A DNA stretch of 64,000 bases from the human T2T-CHM13v2.0 reference genome, Homo sapiens: the NCBI RefSeq assembly GCF_009914755.1, contig NC_060926.1; one strand, written 5' to 3'. A program made the position numbers and the translations under genes. Below the pieces are notes generated by a model. It did not search any database and was not told the DNA's origin. It worked only from the letters and a program-made list of their open reading frames with translations. Within the stretch, counting starts at the first letter, position 1; every line of letters starts with the position of its first letter. Positions 29,441-45,760 of the stretch are shown in pieces.

Positions 29441-29888
29441 CTGACTCTCTACTCAGCTCTCTTCTTATGAAAATTGTATAAAATATGCATGGAGGTATCA
29501 AAAAGATTCCAAGGCATTAAAGATTACAGGGCTAAAATACCGAAGAAAACAGCACTTCAGAGAATTGAGAAGAATATTGACTATTCCTTGACCCACGAAA
29601 GATTTTCTCACATGTATGTGGCTATTGATAGACCAAAAACCTAAGCAGAAATATTCATAGTCTTATAGTTTTAAGAGAATAAAATATATGGCTCAAGACT
29701 TATCAATGAGAAAGGCCGATTTCTACACCCCAGGCTTCATTTGACACTTCAAAGGTTTAGGAATATTAATGGAAATAAATAGATTATCATTCACAATAAT
29801 TGCAGTTCGGTCTCAAACCAGCTTAATCACTGATTTTATGAATATGATCTGTAACACACCTTAGATAACCCTCCAAAAAACGGAGTTA

Positions 29889-30322
<434 letters not shown>

Positions 30323-31762
30323 TCACAGTCTCAGGAAGTGCCAGAGTGAAGCATGATAAATACGGAGACAACTACATAGCTCATATTAGAGAATTAATGA
30401 CAAAGAGACTATCTCAAAAATAGTTCTAGAAAAAGGCATATTACCTTCAAAAAGTGGCAATATGACTTAGGGATGACTTCTCAAATGGAAGCCAACTGGT
30501 AACTAGAATTTTATTCCTAATAAAATATTATGGAATATAAGAAAAAATCATGTTCAGGAAAACAAAAAATAAGGGAACTATCTATATCATCTATACATTA
30601 CACCAAATGAAATAATAATGTCAAGCAGAAGAAAAATTATTTTAGATGTAAATGTAGAAATTTAGAAATGAAATCAAGAAAAGGAAGGACAAAACATCTG
30701 GATAAATCTAAATAAATAGTGACTATATAAATAAAATGCGTCATATAAAATTTAAAATAAATATCAACAAAACTACCTAACAAAATATCAAAATTATTAT
30801 AGGATCTTCATAGTCTAAGAAAAGTAATGAAAATTTTACTTTATACTCAGACACTAATAAGTCAAGGAATCATGAAATAATATCTAGGGCAAAATCAAAA
30901 GATACTTAAACTTATAGGAGATTATAAGGGCATATTGGAGAAAAAAATGCTTAATTGCAAAAAAAGGCAAGAAAGAGCAAGTCGAAAATACAACAGATGG
31001 AAAAATAGCAAAGTGGTAGACCACAATCAAAATATCTTGAGCTAAATATAAACGATTTTCATACTTCCGCTAATAAAAATATCTAAAATGAATTTTTAAA
31101 GTAATTAAATGTTTTTTATTAAAAATAAGAACTGAGGAAGTCTGAAAAAAAAATGTAAAAATGGTCTGTTAGGCTGACATAACCAAAAGAAAGCTGAGAT
31201 AGATGTACTAATATCAGATGAAATAAATTTAGTGGCAAGAAGCAGTACTAAGACAAAAGAATACCTTTCAAAATGATAAAATGAGCAGTATTCCATGATG
31301 TGACAATTTAAAATTTGTATGCATGTAACAATGGGAGAAATATATGCATCCATATCATACTGGGGACCTCTGCCCACTTTTCTTACACTGTTGGAAGAAG
31401 TAGAAAAAAATGTAATTACGAATAATGAAGAATTAGATATCTCTGTTAGCAAATTTGATCTAATTGATATATATAGCATAATATTAAACTCGATAAACTT
31501 AAAATTGAATGTAATGTGAATGCACATTTAATATTTATTCAAATGCTGTAGGTTGTGTCATAGATCAAGCCGTGACAAATTTTCATAATTGAAAATAGAA
31601 ATAATACATTTTCTGACATCAGTTAAACTGTTAGAAATCATTTCCAAAAGGACAACTTAATCCACAAATATTTTAAAATCAAGCAACATATTCCTAAATA
31701 ATTCACAAGTCACAAAATTAGTCTCAATGGAAATTAGAAAATATTTTAAGAAAATGAGAAGA

Positions 31763-32064
31763 AGCCGGGCGCGGTGGCTCATGCCTGTAATCCCAGCACT
31801 TTGGGAGGCCGAGGCGGATGATCATGAGGTCAGGAGATCGAGACCATCCTGGCTAACAGGGTGAAACACCGTCTCTACTAAAAATACAAAAAATTAGCTG
31901 GGCGTGGTGGCGGGCGCTTGTAGTCCCAGCTACTCGGGAGGCTGAGGCAGGAGAATGGCGTGAACCCAGCGGGGCGGAGCTTGCAGTGAGCCGAGATCGC
32001 GCCACTGCACTCCAGCCTGGGGGACAGAGCGAGACTCCGTCTCAAAAAAAAAAAAAAAAAAAAA
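31763..32064 (+). mobile_element. AluY, full length
   Basis: AluY diagnostics, CpG-rich, long pure A tail; TSD aagaaaatgagaa / aagaaaaggagaa. Confidence 0.97.
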
Positions 32065-32109
32065 AGAAAAGAAAAGGAGAATAAATGTATGAGATATTGA
32101 AACTCAAGA

Positions 32110-32340
32110 AAATGGATATCCTTGGTTATGCAAAGTCATACAGATTGGTAAAATGGTCATTGGAGACTCAGAGCGGGGAGGGTGACAGGGGAGTGAGGGA
32201 TGGAAACTTGCCTAGTGGGTACAGGGTACACTATTCAGGTGATGACTATATTAAAAGCCCAGACTTCACCACAATACAATACAACCATGTAACCAAAAAC
32301 CCTTTATCCCTAAAGCTATTGATTTTTTTTAAAAAATTAT
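32110..32340 (+). mobile_element. L1MA (about MA2-3) 3' end
   Basis: cattggagactcaga...gtacactattcaggtgatg...aaaagcccagacttcaccac...catgtaaccaaaaac. Confidence 0.8.
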
Positions 32341-34277
32341 AGCCTTAATGGTGATATTGCAAAGAATAAAAGATTAAATGCCAGTAGTCCAAATACCCAC
32401 AGGTTGAAAACAGAACATGCTTAAAAATGGTACATTTAAAGAAGCTGAAAACCAAACAGTAAACCAAATCCAATGAAAATAGAAGTCATACAAGAGATAT
32501 TAATGGAAAATAATACATTCAAAAAGAATCACATAATCAAGGGGATCAAAAAAAGCCAAAAGTTTTTCCTTGTAATAATGTTAAAATAACCTTTTACAAA
32601 ATTCAGAGACCAAAAAAAAGTGTGTGAGAGGGAGAGAGGGAGGGAGGGAGCACAGTAATATAAAAAGAAAAGGTATTACTACTGATCCTATAGAAGAAAG
32701 AAATTCAAAGTTATGAGCTACATTATTGCAGTACATATTTGACAGTTTAAATAAAATTTGTAAAAAACTTGAAAAATGTCACTTACCAAAACTGACATGA
32801 GAAGACATAAAAATCGGAATATTCCTGTAACTATTTTTAAAATCCATAATAACTTTTTCTCATATATGTACAAAAGTTCTAGGTCCAGATGTTTCACTAG
32901 AGAATTCTTCAAAACATATTAACAGGAAAGAAAACTAACATTATTTACATATTTCCCCTACTGAAAAATTTCTCAGCTTGTTTTATAAGGTTACCGATAA
33001 TTTTAACATAGAAATGTGACAAGGACATTAGAAGAAAAGACAGTAACAGGCCAGTCTCTCTTACAACCTAGCTAAAAATAATTTAAATTAAATATTATAC
33101 ATAAAACTCAGCAATATATAAACCACAAACAGGCTGGGCTTGTTACAGGGATGAACATGTTTTCATATTCAAAATTTTAAAACTGCAGTGTGTTTTCTTA
33201 ACAGAATAAAAGCCAAAAATTATATGACATTCTCTATAACTAAAAAAAAAAAAATTCCAAAGTCTATGAGTGACAAAACCTATTACCTAAGTTGCAATGA
33301 TGAAAAAATATTTAAATTATTAAAGGCTACTTCCAAAATGACTGTGATGAACACCTCTGTAATGGCGAAGTGTTGAACATTTTCCTACTGACATTGGGAA
33401 TGAGAAAATGATACTATGATCAACTTTGCTCAACCTTACACCTGACAAAATTGCTAGTGAGAAAGTAAAGAAGAAATAAAAAAGATATAAGAACTTGAGG
33501 AGAAGCAATTAAGCTAATTTTTCACCAAAAAAATGAACAATTTACAGATAAACTATTATATGAATACATTTACAAGGTATGTGACTATAAGATAATATTT
33601 GAAATCCATTGCATTTCTTTTTTAAGGAAAGAAGAACTTCTAAAATTGAAATTTGAAAAAAAGATACCTCTAACAATAACATCAGAAATATCAATTATAC
33701 AGGAATTAATTTACTAACTACAATACAAAATCTGAAAATGAAAACCCAGAAAGCATTATGAGAAAATTGTTGAAAGTCAGGACATTAGTTACCCGGAAAA
33801 GGTAGGCAAATATTATCCTAGGAATGAGTTTAGGAGAATTCTGGGTTGTCAGTAATAGCTAGTTCTCTAACTTGCATGGTTATTTATGTTTATTGCAAAA
33901 TAGTAGCTTACTTTTTAAATTTTATAATATCCATTGAATGTTTATTATGATATACCCATTGAGATCTATGTTTATGATTTGTATATTTTTTAGGGGTGTG
34001 AAACAACAATAAAACATTTATTAAAAAGAAAATTAATGAATAACAGTAAATTTTTTATGACATCAGATGATTTGTACATCTGATAGTTCTTGACATACCA
34101 TCTATATTTGACTTTCTTGTTTGAATAGTTTCTCTAAAAATGTTTTTAGTACCCTGCTTTGGGTAGCAAACCACTTGAGGGAGGATGAGTCTGGGAATAT
34201 TTTTTAAAATGCTCTCAATGTTCAATAGCATTTTATTTGCATATAAAATTCTACATTATAGCTGTTTTCCTTCTATA

Positions 34278-35972
<1,695 letters not shown>

Positions 35973-36697
35973 TTTTTAATATGCCATTACCTTCTTGAAA
36001 TCCAGTTGCAGTAAAAGTTTGATAGAATGCTTTGGTCCTCTGCAGGTGACTACTTATTCTCAGTTACTATTATCTTATAGTTAGAATTTTGTTTTGACTT
36101 AACCGAATTGGCTTAGAAACAGAAGGCACGTTCTTTTCAAGAGCATATAGGATATTTTACAAAATAAAACAACCATATGCTGGCTGTATAGCAAGTCACA
36201 GTCAATTTCAAGGAATTTAAATCATTCAGATTATGTCCTCTGGCCAAAACATCTGGAGAAAAGCACCATATTTTGTTTCTTTTTTTAAAATTCTGTAGAG
36301 CATATATGTATAATTTCTGTTATTTCTGATAAATGTAAGATAGTGTTAAATTGGTCTAGTACTTCTTTTCTGTCCTCCTTGCACAGTCACCCTTACTGTT
36401 TTTGGATTTCTTGTGGTTTGTGTTGTGACACAAGCCTAATTTTTCCTCAGGTTTTAAAGCCTGCTACTTGTTTCTGAAGTACTGAGTCATTGCTCAAGCT
36501 AATATTTTAATATATATATCCATATCTTATCATTTCACCAAATTTAGATAGTTAAAAATTTTCAAAGTTGACATTGATACATTTCTTCCAGTAGTTACAT
36601 TTATTATGCCTTAGAAAGTAGTAAGAAAAGGACTAAAAAACAGACTGGAATTTGGCAATTCAGGAATCAAATAATTAGGTTTTAAAAAGATATTGTC

Positions 36698-36997
36698 GAT
36701 TCTCCTGCCTCAGCCTCCTGAGTAGCTGGGACTACAGGCGCCTGCCACCATGCCCGGCTAATATTTTGTATTTTTAGTAGAGACGGGGTTTCACCGTGTT
36801 AGCCAGGATGGTCTCGATCTCCTGACCTCGTGATCCGCCCGCCTCGGCCTCCCAAAGTGCTGGGATTACAGGCGTGAGCCACCGCACCTGGCAGAGCTTA
36901 CAGTGAGCCGAGATCGCGCCACTGCACTCCAACCTGGGCGATAGATCGAGACTCCGTCTCAAAAAAAAAAAAAAGAAATAAAAATAAATAAATAAAT
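36698..36997. mobile_element. AluY-like element with inverted 5' two-thirds
   Basis: 36698-36892 is antisense Alu (about nt 200 back to nt 2); 36890-36960 is the sense 3' end followed by an A tail; one TSD aaaaagatattgtc / aaaaagatattatc encloses both parts. Confidence 0.9.
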
Positions 36998-38246
36998 AAA
37001 AAGATATTATCTAAAGAAATGTAGACAAGCATGACATTTGTCACTACAATGCTTATTCTTCACAATTTAGACATTGATTAGGTAAGGGTTATGAGAGCAG
37101 GAATGAAATAGAGACAAATTAAAATAATATTAATGTAAACTTAAGGTTGACTGTAGATTTCCAAACCAAAGAAACTGTTATTTATTATAATGAAAAATGA
37201 AGAAAAGGTGCAACTTTGTGAGTGAAGTGAATTTACAATAGATGAAAACACTGAGCCAAGGGAATGTCTCCCAGACTCAAAATAATGAAATAAAATGAGC
37301 CAGTGAATATAACAGTGAAAACTTCAAAAATTTGAAGCAGAACTGTAAACCTGCAATGTCACAGAAGACAAAGGCTTCCATGAGTATTGGCTATAGCAAA
37401 TAAGCAATTACTTATGAACATAAAGAATAACTGACTTGGGACAGTAATGACTATTATTTCCTAGTTCCTGAATATTTCTGACAAGAAAAGCAATAATTTG
37501 GATCAACAGTTATATTTTGATAAATACTTTACTTTCTAATTCTACATATTTCTGCATTTTAATTTAGGTGGGATGGCTATAGTAATTTTTAAACTACCTA
37601 TTATTTCCTTTCTATCTAGTTGAATTGTTTTTGAAGTCAAAGTCAAACCTCTTTTGACTTTATGTATGCCATCTAGTTCTTACTGAGGAGCATCAGCATG
37701 CTGCCGAAACCTCTATTTAAATTACCTATTTTTAAAGTTTTTCTAAAATCCTTTCATGAATATTATTTCTTTTTGTTACTACATCACACTTCTCAAAAAA
37801 TTATATACCAAGAAATAGAGCTGGGCACATGCACAAAGCAATGCAGTAGTATTAAGGAAGGAAATTGAGGAAGAAATACATATATGTAAAACAATCCTTC
37901 ATTAAACCAAGATAATTAAAAGATAGTCTAATGAAATTTTAAAATCATATATTACTAGATGATGACTGGAAAAGAAAACCTTTTGAAAAATAAAGACTCA
38001 TAATTTTGAACTACTTTATATTGAATTAGAAGTTCAGTTAACAATAACCAACCAAGTAAATTTTAGTAATTGAAATGAAGTACCAGAAGGAATAAGTCAA
38101 GAAAGAAAGCAGAGAAAATTTAGGATAATTAAAGAAAATTATGATTCAAAGTTAAATAAAATTTAGGCATTGAGTCTATGTAAATGGAATAGAATTAAAT
38201 AGTAAAGAGAAGAGAATGTAAGGAATAACAGATAAAACAGGCACAA

Positions 38247-38544
38247 GGCTGGTCGCGATGGCTCACGCCTGTAATCCCAGCACTTTGGGAGGCCGAGGCG
38301 GGCATATCACGAGGTTGGGAGTTCGAGACCAGCCTGGCCAATATGGTGAAACCCCATCTCTACTAAAAATACAAAAATTAGTCGGGCATGGTGGCACAAG
38401 CCTGTAATCCCCGCTACTGCGGAGGCTCAAGCAGGAGAATCACTTGAACTAGGGAGTGGAGTCTGAGGTTGCAGTGAGCCGAGATTGTGCCACTGCACCC
38501 CAGCCTGGATACAGAGTGAGACTTCATCTTAAAAAAAAAAAAAA
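38247..38544 (+). mobile_element. AluS (Sg/Sx-like), full length
   Basis: Dimeric Alu with A tail; no clear TSD. Confidence 0.93.
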
Positions 38545-39379
38545 GTAGCTTAATGTTATATTTTAATATCAAATGGAAGATACAGAAAAGAAGGATTTTT
38601 TTAAAGAAAAAATAGTTTTATGAGACCTCTTTATAGCCCACTTACAGAGTAAATATGTCAAAGAAATGTTTGCCATTTGGTTGTTTTTATGTTTTGGTCC
38701 TATTGTTCAACAAGAAAAAGGAAAATAACATTTGCACAAAACAATTGTACAAGTCATTTTACATGAAAATTCAAATTATAGTTACCAATTGACTTTTACT
38801 TACAGAAAAAGAAGTTTAGAGTAGTATAAAGTTTTGATAATATGGGAATATAACTGTAAGTAAATGTGTTGGTTAAGCTCTATAGAAGTGGTTCATCCTT
38901 TGAGAATGTCAATAAATGCTCCAGGAAGAACTTTTTTATTTAGGAAGATAAAAGATAAATAAACTAAAATACTAAAATATGAACTAAAAACAAAAGTGTG
39001 AAACAACTAAAAAGTGGAAAGGAATAGATTAGTAAGTGGAGAGGGAGGCAATTTGATGGGGATATTTGAAAAAATTGGAGGATACATGGATTGAGAGAAA
39101 GAAAATCCAGGTTGGAGGAAAACTTTAAAAACACTTGAAAACCACATAGAAAACACGCAAGAAAAATATGAAAGAAAATATAAAACCACAACTGAGAACT
39201 ATAACTGAAATTATAATCATTTTTCACAATATAATAATATATGTTTTTACAAACCCTTGGAATAAAGTTTTTTAAAATTTGAATTTATTTATATAGAGAA
39301 TGATAATACACAACCTTACAACAAAATATATAATTTAAAAATCCTACCTATTTGATTTGAAAGACTTGTAGAAATTAAC

Positions 39380-39791
39380 AAAATTATTACATAGGTTTGA
39401 TTTCTCATATTTTTTACTTAACATTAAACTCAGTTATTTTCTAACAGTTTTGTACATCAAAAGTCCAGGCAGACTCCACCGGTTTTTTTACTTGGGAACT
39501 CACAGGGTGATACTGAAGATATGGCTAACGTTACGTTTTTATCTGGAAACTAGGGGAAAAGTCACCTCTAAGCTCATTCATGTTGTTGGAAGAATTCAGT
39601 TTCTTGTGGTTGTAGCACTGAGGCTCACATTTCCTCTGGATGTCCACTTGGGATTGCACAAGCTGCTAGAAGACACCCTTTGGTTCTTGCATGTGGCCCC
39701 TTTCTGTCTTCAAAGGCAGCAACAATACACTGAACCCTTCTTGTGATTCAAATCACTTTGACTTCTTGGGCTGCAAGCCAGGTAAGACTCC
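39380..39791 (-). mobile_element. MLT1 (D/E-like) LTR, left part
   Basis: ctctaagctcattcatgttgttggaagaattcagtttcttgtggttgtagcactgagg...cttgcatgtggcccc. Confidence 0.8.
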
Positions 39792-42603
39792 TTTTTTCCT
39801 TCTTTTAACTTTTATTTCAGGTTCAGTGGTACATGTGCAGATTTGTTATATAGGTAAACTCGTGTCATGAGGCTGTGGTATACAGAACATTTCATCACCC
39901 AGGTACTAAGCATAGTACGCAGTATGTATTCTTTCTAAATCCTCTCTCTCCTTCTGCCTTCCACCTTCTAGTAGGCCCCAGTGTTTGTTGTTCCTGTCCA
40001 CGTGTTCTCATTATTTAGCTCCCACTTATAAATGAGAACATGCAGTCTTTGGTTTTCTGTTCCCGCATTAGTTTGCTAAGAATAATGGTCTCCAGTTCCA
40101 TCCATCTTGCTGCAAAGGACATGATTCCATTCTTTTTATGGCTGCATATATTCCGTGGTGTATATGTACCATATTTTCTTTATCCAATCTACTGTTGATG
40201 GGCGTTTAGGTTGATCCATGTATTTGTTATTTTGAACAGTGCTGCAATGGACATATGTGTGCATGTATCTTTATGGTAGAACAATTTGTTTTCTTTTGAA
40301 TATATATCCAGTAATGGTGGTGGGTCAAATGGTAATTGTGTTTTTAGTTCTTTGAGGAATCACTACACTGCTTTCCACAATAGCTGAACTAATTTACACA
40401 CCCACCAGCAGTGTATAAGTGTTCCCTTTTCTCCACAACCTCACCAAAATCTGTTTCTTTCTGATTTTTTAATAATAGCCATTCTGACTGGTGTGAAATG
40501 GTATCTCACTGTGGTTTTGATTTGCATTTATCTAATGAGTGGATGTTAAGGTTTTTACATATGCTCGTTGGCAGCATGTATGTCTTCTTTTGAAAAGTGT
40601 CTGTGCATGTCCTTTATCCACTTTTTAATTAGGTTGTTTTTATTTTTCTTTTTTGGCTTGTTAATTGGTTTAAGTTCCTTATAGATTCTGGATATTAGAC
40701 TTTTTTCAGAAGCCTACTTTGCAAAAATTTTCCCCCATTCTTTAGGTTGTCTGTTTACTCTGTTGACAATTTCTTTTGCAGTGCAGAAACTCTTTAGTTT
40801 CATTAGATCCCATTTGTCAGTTTTTGCTTTTGTAGCAATTGCTTTTAGCACCTTCATCATGGAATCTTTGCCAGTTCCTATATCCAGAATGGCATTTCCT
40901 AGGATATCTTCCAGAGTTTTTATAGTTTTGGGTTTCACATTTAAGTATTTAATTCATGTTGAGTTGATTTTTATATATGGTATAAGGAAGGAGTCCAGTT
41001 TCAATCTTCTTGCATATGACTAATCAGATATCCCAGCACCACTTATTGAATGGTAAGTTCTTTCTTTATTGCTTGTTTTTGTTGGCTTTGTTGAAAATTA
41101 GATGGCTGTAGATGTGTGGCATTATTTCTGGGCTCTCTATTCTGTTCCATTGTTCTATGTGTCTGTTTTTGTACTAGTGTTGTGCTACTTGGGTTACTGT
41201 AGCCCTGTAGAAGAGTTTGAAGTCACATAATGTGATGGTTTCAGTTTTGTTCTTTTTGCTTAAGATTGCCTTGGCTATCCAGGGTCTTTTTTGAGGGCTA
41301 GGTGAATTTTAAAAATAGTTTTTTTCTAGTTCTGTGAAGAATGTTGTTGGTAGTTCGATAGCAATAGCATTGAATCTGTAAATTGCTTTGGGCAGTATGG
41401 TCATTTGAATGCCTAATTTATTGAAGGTATTTAACATGTAGCAGTGTTGAATGCATCTATTGTGATAATCATGTGGTTTTTGCTTTTTATGCATCTATTG
41501 AGATAATCATATGTTTTTTGTCTTTAGTTTACATGATTAATCACATTTATTGATTTGCATATATTGAACCAACCTTGCATCTCTGGGATAAGGTCTTCTT
41601 GATCATGATGAATTAGCTTTTTGATGTCCTGCTGCATTCTGTTCGCTAGTATTTTGTTGAGGATTATTGCATCTATGTTCATCAAGGATATTGGCCTGAA
41701 GTTTTTTTATTTTTTTTATTTTGCTGTTTCTCTGCCAGGTTTTCATATGAAGATGATGCTGGTCTCATAGAGGATGATGCTGGTCTCAAAGAATGAGATG
41801 GAGAGGAGTCCCTCTTCTTCAATTTTTTGGAATAGTTTCAGTAGGATTTGTACCAGCTATTCTTTGAATATCTACTAGAATTCAGCTGTGAATCCATCTA
41901 GTCCTTGGCATTTTTTTTGGTAGGCTATTTATTACTGATTCAGTTTTGAAGCTCATTATTGGTCTGTTCAAGGATCAATTTCTTCATGCTTCCATCTTGG
42001 GTGGATGTATGTATCAATTTTTCCTACATTTTCTAGTTTGTGTACATAGAGGTGTGTAAAGTAGTTTACGGTGATTATTTTTTTTTCTGTGGGATCAGTG
42101 GTAACATCTTCTTTGTCATTTCTGATAGTATTTATTTGGGGCTTCTCCTTTTCTTACAAGTCTAGGTATCCATATATCTATTTATTGATTTTTTCAATGA
42201 TCCAACTCTTGGATTTGTTCATCTTTTATTTATTTATTTTTTTTATGTCTCAAGCTCCTTCATTTCAGCTCTGATTTTTGTTATTTCTTTTCTTCTGCTA
42301 GCTTTGAGGTTTGTTTGCTCTTGCTTCTCTGGTACTTCTAGATGTAATGCTGGGTTTTTAGTTTGATATCTATCATTTTGATGTGAGCATTTAGGGCTAC
42401 AAATATCCCTCTGAATACCACTTTAGCTGTGTCCCAGAGATTCCTGCTTGTTTTATCTTTTTGTTATTTTCAAAGAATGTCTTGATTTCTTCCTTAATTT
42501 TATTGTTCACCCAAAAGTCACTTAGGAGCAGGTTGTTTAATTTCCATGTAATTGTATGGTTTTGAGTGATTTTCTTTGTACTGAATTCTGTTTTTATTGC
42601 ACT

Positions 42604-42989
42604 TTTTTTTTGTTTTTTTTATTATTATACTTTAAGTTTTAGGGTACATGTGCACAATGTGCAGGTTAGTTACATATGTATAGGTGTGCCATGCTGGTGT
42701 GCTGCACCCATTAACTCATCATTTAGCATTAGGTATATCTCCTAATGCTATCCCTCCCCCCTCCCCCCACCCCACAACAGTCCCCAGAGTGTGATGTTCC
42801 CCTTCCTGTGTCCATGTGTTCTCATTGTTCAATTCCCATCTATGAGTGAGAACATGCAGTGTTTGGTTTTTTGTCCTTGCAATAGTTTACTGAGAATGAT
42901 GATTTCCAATTTCATCCATGTCCCTACAAAGGACATGAACTCATCATTTTTATGGCTGCATAGTATTCCATGGTGTATATGTGCCACAT
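42604..42989 (-). mobile_element. Young L1PA (about PA2-4) 3' end nested in the older L1
   Basis: ttattattatactttaagttttagggtacatgtgcacaatgtgcaggttagttacatatg; exact TSD tttttattgcact (42591-42603, 42990-43002). Confidence 0.93.
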
Positions 42990-45400
42990 TTTTTATTGCA
43001 CTGTTGTCTGAGAGTGTTGTTTGTGTGATTTCAATGTTTTTTTTTTAATTTGCCGAAGATTGGTTTATGTCTGATTGTGTGTTCCATTTTACAGTATGTG
43101 TCATGTGGTAATGAGAAGAATGTATATTTTGTCATTTTTGGATAGAGTGTTCTGTAGATGTCTGTTAGGTCCATTTGATCAAGTATTGAGTTCAAGTCCT
43201 GAATATCTTTATTAATTTTCTTCCTTAATGATCTGTCTAATACTGTTAGTAGGGTGTTGACATCTTCCACTATTATTTTGTAGAAATCTAAGTCTCTTTG
43301 TAGGTCTCTAAGAACTTGTTTTATGAATCTATGTGCTCCTGTGTTGGGTGCATGTATATTTAGGATAATTAGGTCTTTTTGTTTAATTCAACCTTTTACC
43401 ATTATGTAATGACCTTCCTTGTCTTTTTTGAGTTTTGTTGGTTCAAAGTCTGTTTCGTCTGAAATTAGGATTGCCACCTCTGCTTTTTTATGTTTTCCTT
43501 TCGCATGGTAGATTTTTTTACATCCATTCATTTTGAGCCTATGGGTGTCATTGCATGTAGGATGGGGCTCTTAAATTCAGTAGACCATTGGGTCTTTTTC
43601 TTTATCCAGCTTGCCACTCTGCCTTTTCATTGAGGCATTTAGGCCATTTACATTCAAGATTATTATTGATATATGTGGATTTGATCCTCTGATCCTGTTC
43701 TTAGCTGATTATTATGCAGACTGGTTTGTGTGGTTGCTTTATAGTGTCACTGGTCTGTGTACTTAAAGGTGTTTTTGTAGTGGCTGATAACAGTCTTTCC
43801 TTTCCATATTTACTACTCCTTTCAGGAACTCTTGTAAGGCAGTCTGGTGGTAATGAATTCCCTCTGAATGTGTTTGTTTGAAAAGGATCTTATTTCTCCT
43901 TCACTTATGACGCTTAGTTTGGCTCCATCTGAAATTCTTGGATGAAGATTTTTTTCTTTAATAATGTTGAATATAGACCCCCAATCTCTTCTGGCTTGTA
44001 GGATTTCTTCTGAAATTTCTGCTTTTAGCCTGATGGGGTGCCCCTTGTAGGTAATCTGCCTTTTTTCATTAGCTTACTTTATCACTTTTTCATTCATTTT
44101 GGCCTTGGAGAATCTGATGATTATGTGTCTTGGGGATGGACTTCTTTTTTAGCATCCTGTAAAGGTTCTCTATATTTTTTGAATTTGAATGTTGGCCTTT
44201 CTAGAGAGGTTGAGGAAGTTTTCGTAGATGATATCCTGAGATATATTTTCTAAGTTGGTTGCTTTCTCCCGATGTGTACAGCACACCACAGCCACCATTT
44301 AGAGAAAAATCCCCATTTCTTGCTGCTATGGGCCCTTGACCCCCTATTCCCCAACAAGCAGAGCCTCTACCTCAAGCAAGCAATGCAGCTGCTTCACCCT
44401 CTGGCTGAACACTCCCAGTAGCAGCAGCTCCACATTTCTCAGAGATGGAGCTCCTAGGGGCAACCAAAAGTCCCTCTGCCACTGCCTCTCCAGTTTAACT
44501 TCCCTGTTTACCCTTGGACTAGGGAAGAAGCAAAGACTCTGAGTGCTTTATCCAGCAAGTTGTAGTTGCTCTAAGGAGAGGAGGCCAGTCTGTCTCCCAT
44601 GGATCCTACCCACATTCTCTGCTAGTCACCAGACAGGATCCCCCCAGCTTGGGCTCACAGTACAGCTGCCCCATGCCAGGCTGATCATGCTAATTGATTG
44701 CACTTCTGCATCTTTCTGCAATGGAGCCCCAAGTGACGAGAAAAGACGTTGAGCCACAGGGTCTCCTTCTCTGCTGCTTCCAAGCTGGGGAAGTAACATA
44801 AAGCCTATGATCATTTCAGAATTATGGTGTGCAGCCTGGATGCACCAAGCCAAGATCTGCAGCGAGCACTCAAGTGGGAGAGGAGCCTACACTGACTTTC
44901 AAAACATTGAGAGGAAGCGTAGCTGCAACCCATGAGGAAATACGGAGGAGCCACATGACTGAGCAGGAGCCTACACAGTGACCATTACACTTCAGCACCA
45001 GCTACTAGATCACACCCCAAAACTTCAACACCAATAATACTTTGCTATCATACCCCACTGTGAAAAGAAAGACAAGAATTTAGCTACAAATAAAGGCCCT
45101 GAACAAAGCCTCAGGACTCTGAAAACATGTAGGAAAGAAGTCTACTGACTGTACTCAATTTACACTGCAATTAAAGGAACACCCACACACACACAGATGA
45201 GAAAGAACCTATGCAAGATCTCTGGCAACTCAAAAGGCCAGCATGTCTTCTTTCCTCCCAAAGATCACACTAGTTCCCCAGCAAGGGTTCTTAACTAGGC
45301 TGAGATGGCTGAAATGACATAAATTGATTTCAGAATATAGATAGGAACAAAGATCATTGAAATTCAGGGGAACATCGAAACCTAATTCAAGGAAGCTAAG

Positions 45401-45760
45401 TGTATTAGGCTGTTATCACCCTGCTATAAAGAACTTCTGAGACTGGGTAATTTATAAAGGAAAAAGATTTAATTGACTCACAGTTCTGAATTGCTGGGGA
45501 GGCCTCAGAAAACTTATAATCATAGCTGAAGGTGGAGGAGAAGCAAGTACCTTCTTCACAGGGTGACAGAAGAGAGAGAGTGAAGGGGGAGGGTCACTTT
45601 TAAACCATCAGATCTCATGAGAACTCACTCACTATCATGAGAACAGCACGGGGAAACCACCCCCATGATCCAATCACCTCTCACCAGGTTCGTCTCTCAA
45701 CAGATGGGGATTACAGTTCCAGATAAGATTTGAATGGGAACACAGAGCCAAACCATATCA
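45401..45760 (-). mobile_element. THE1D/MSTA-type solo LTR inserted in L1 ORF1
   Basis: tgtattagg...agagccaaaccatatca; exact 5-bp TSD ctaag. Confidence 0.92.

Noticed and set aside
42752-42774. G-quadruplex-forming tract on the minus strand
   Set aside because: Standard L1PA 3' UTR polypurine tract.
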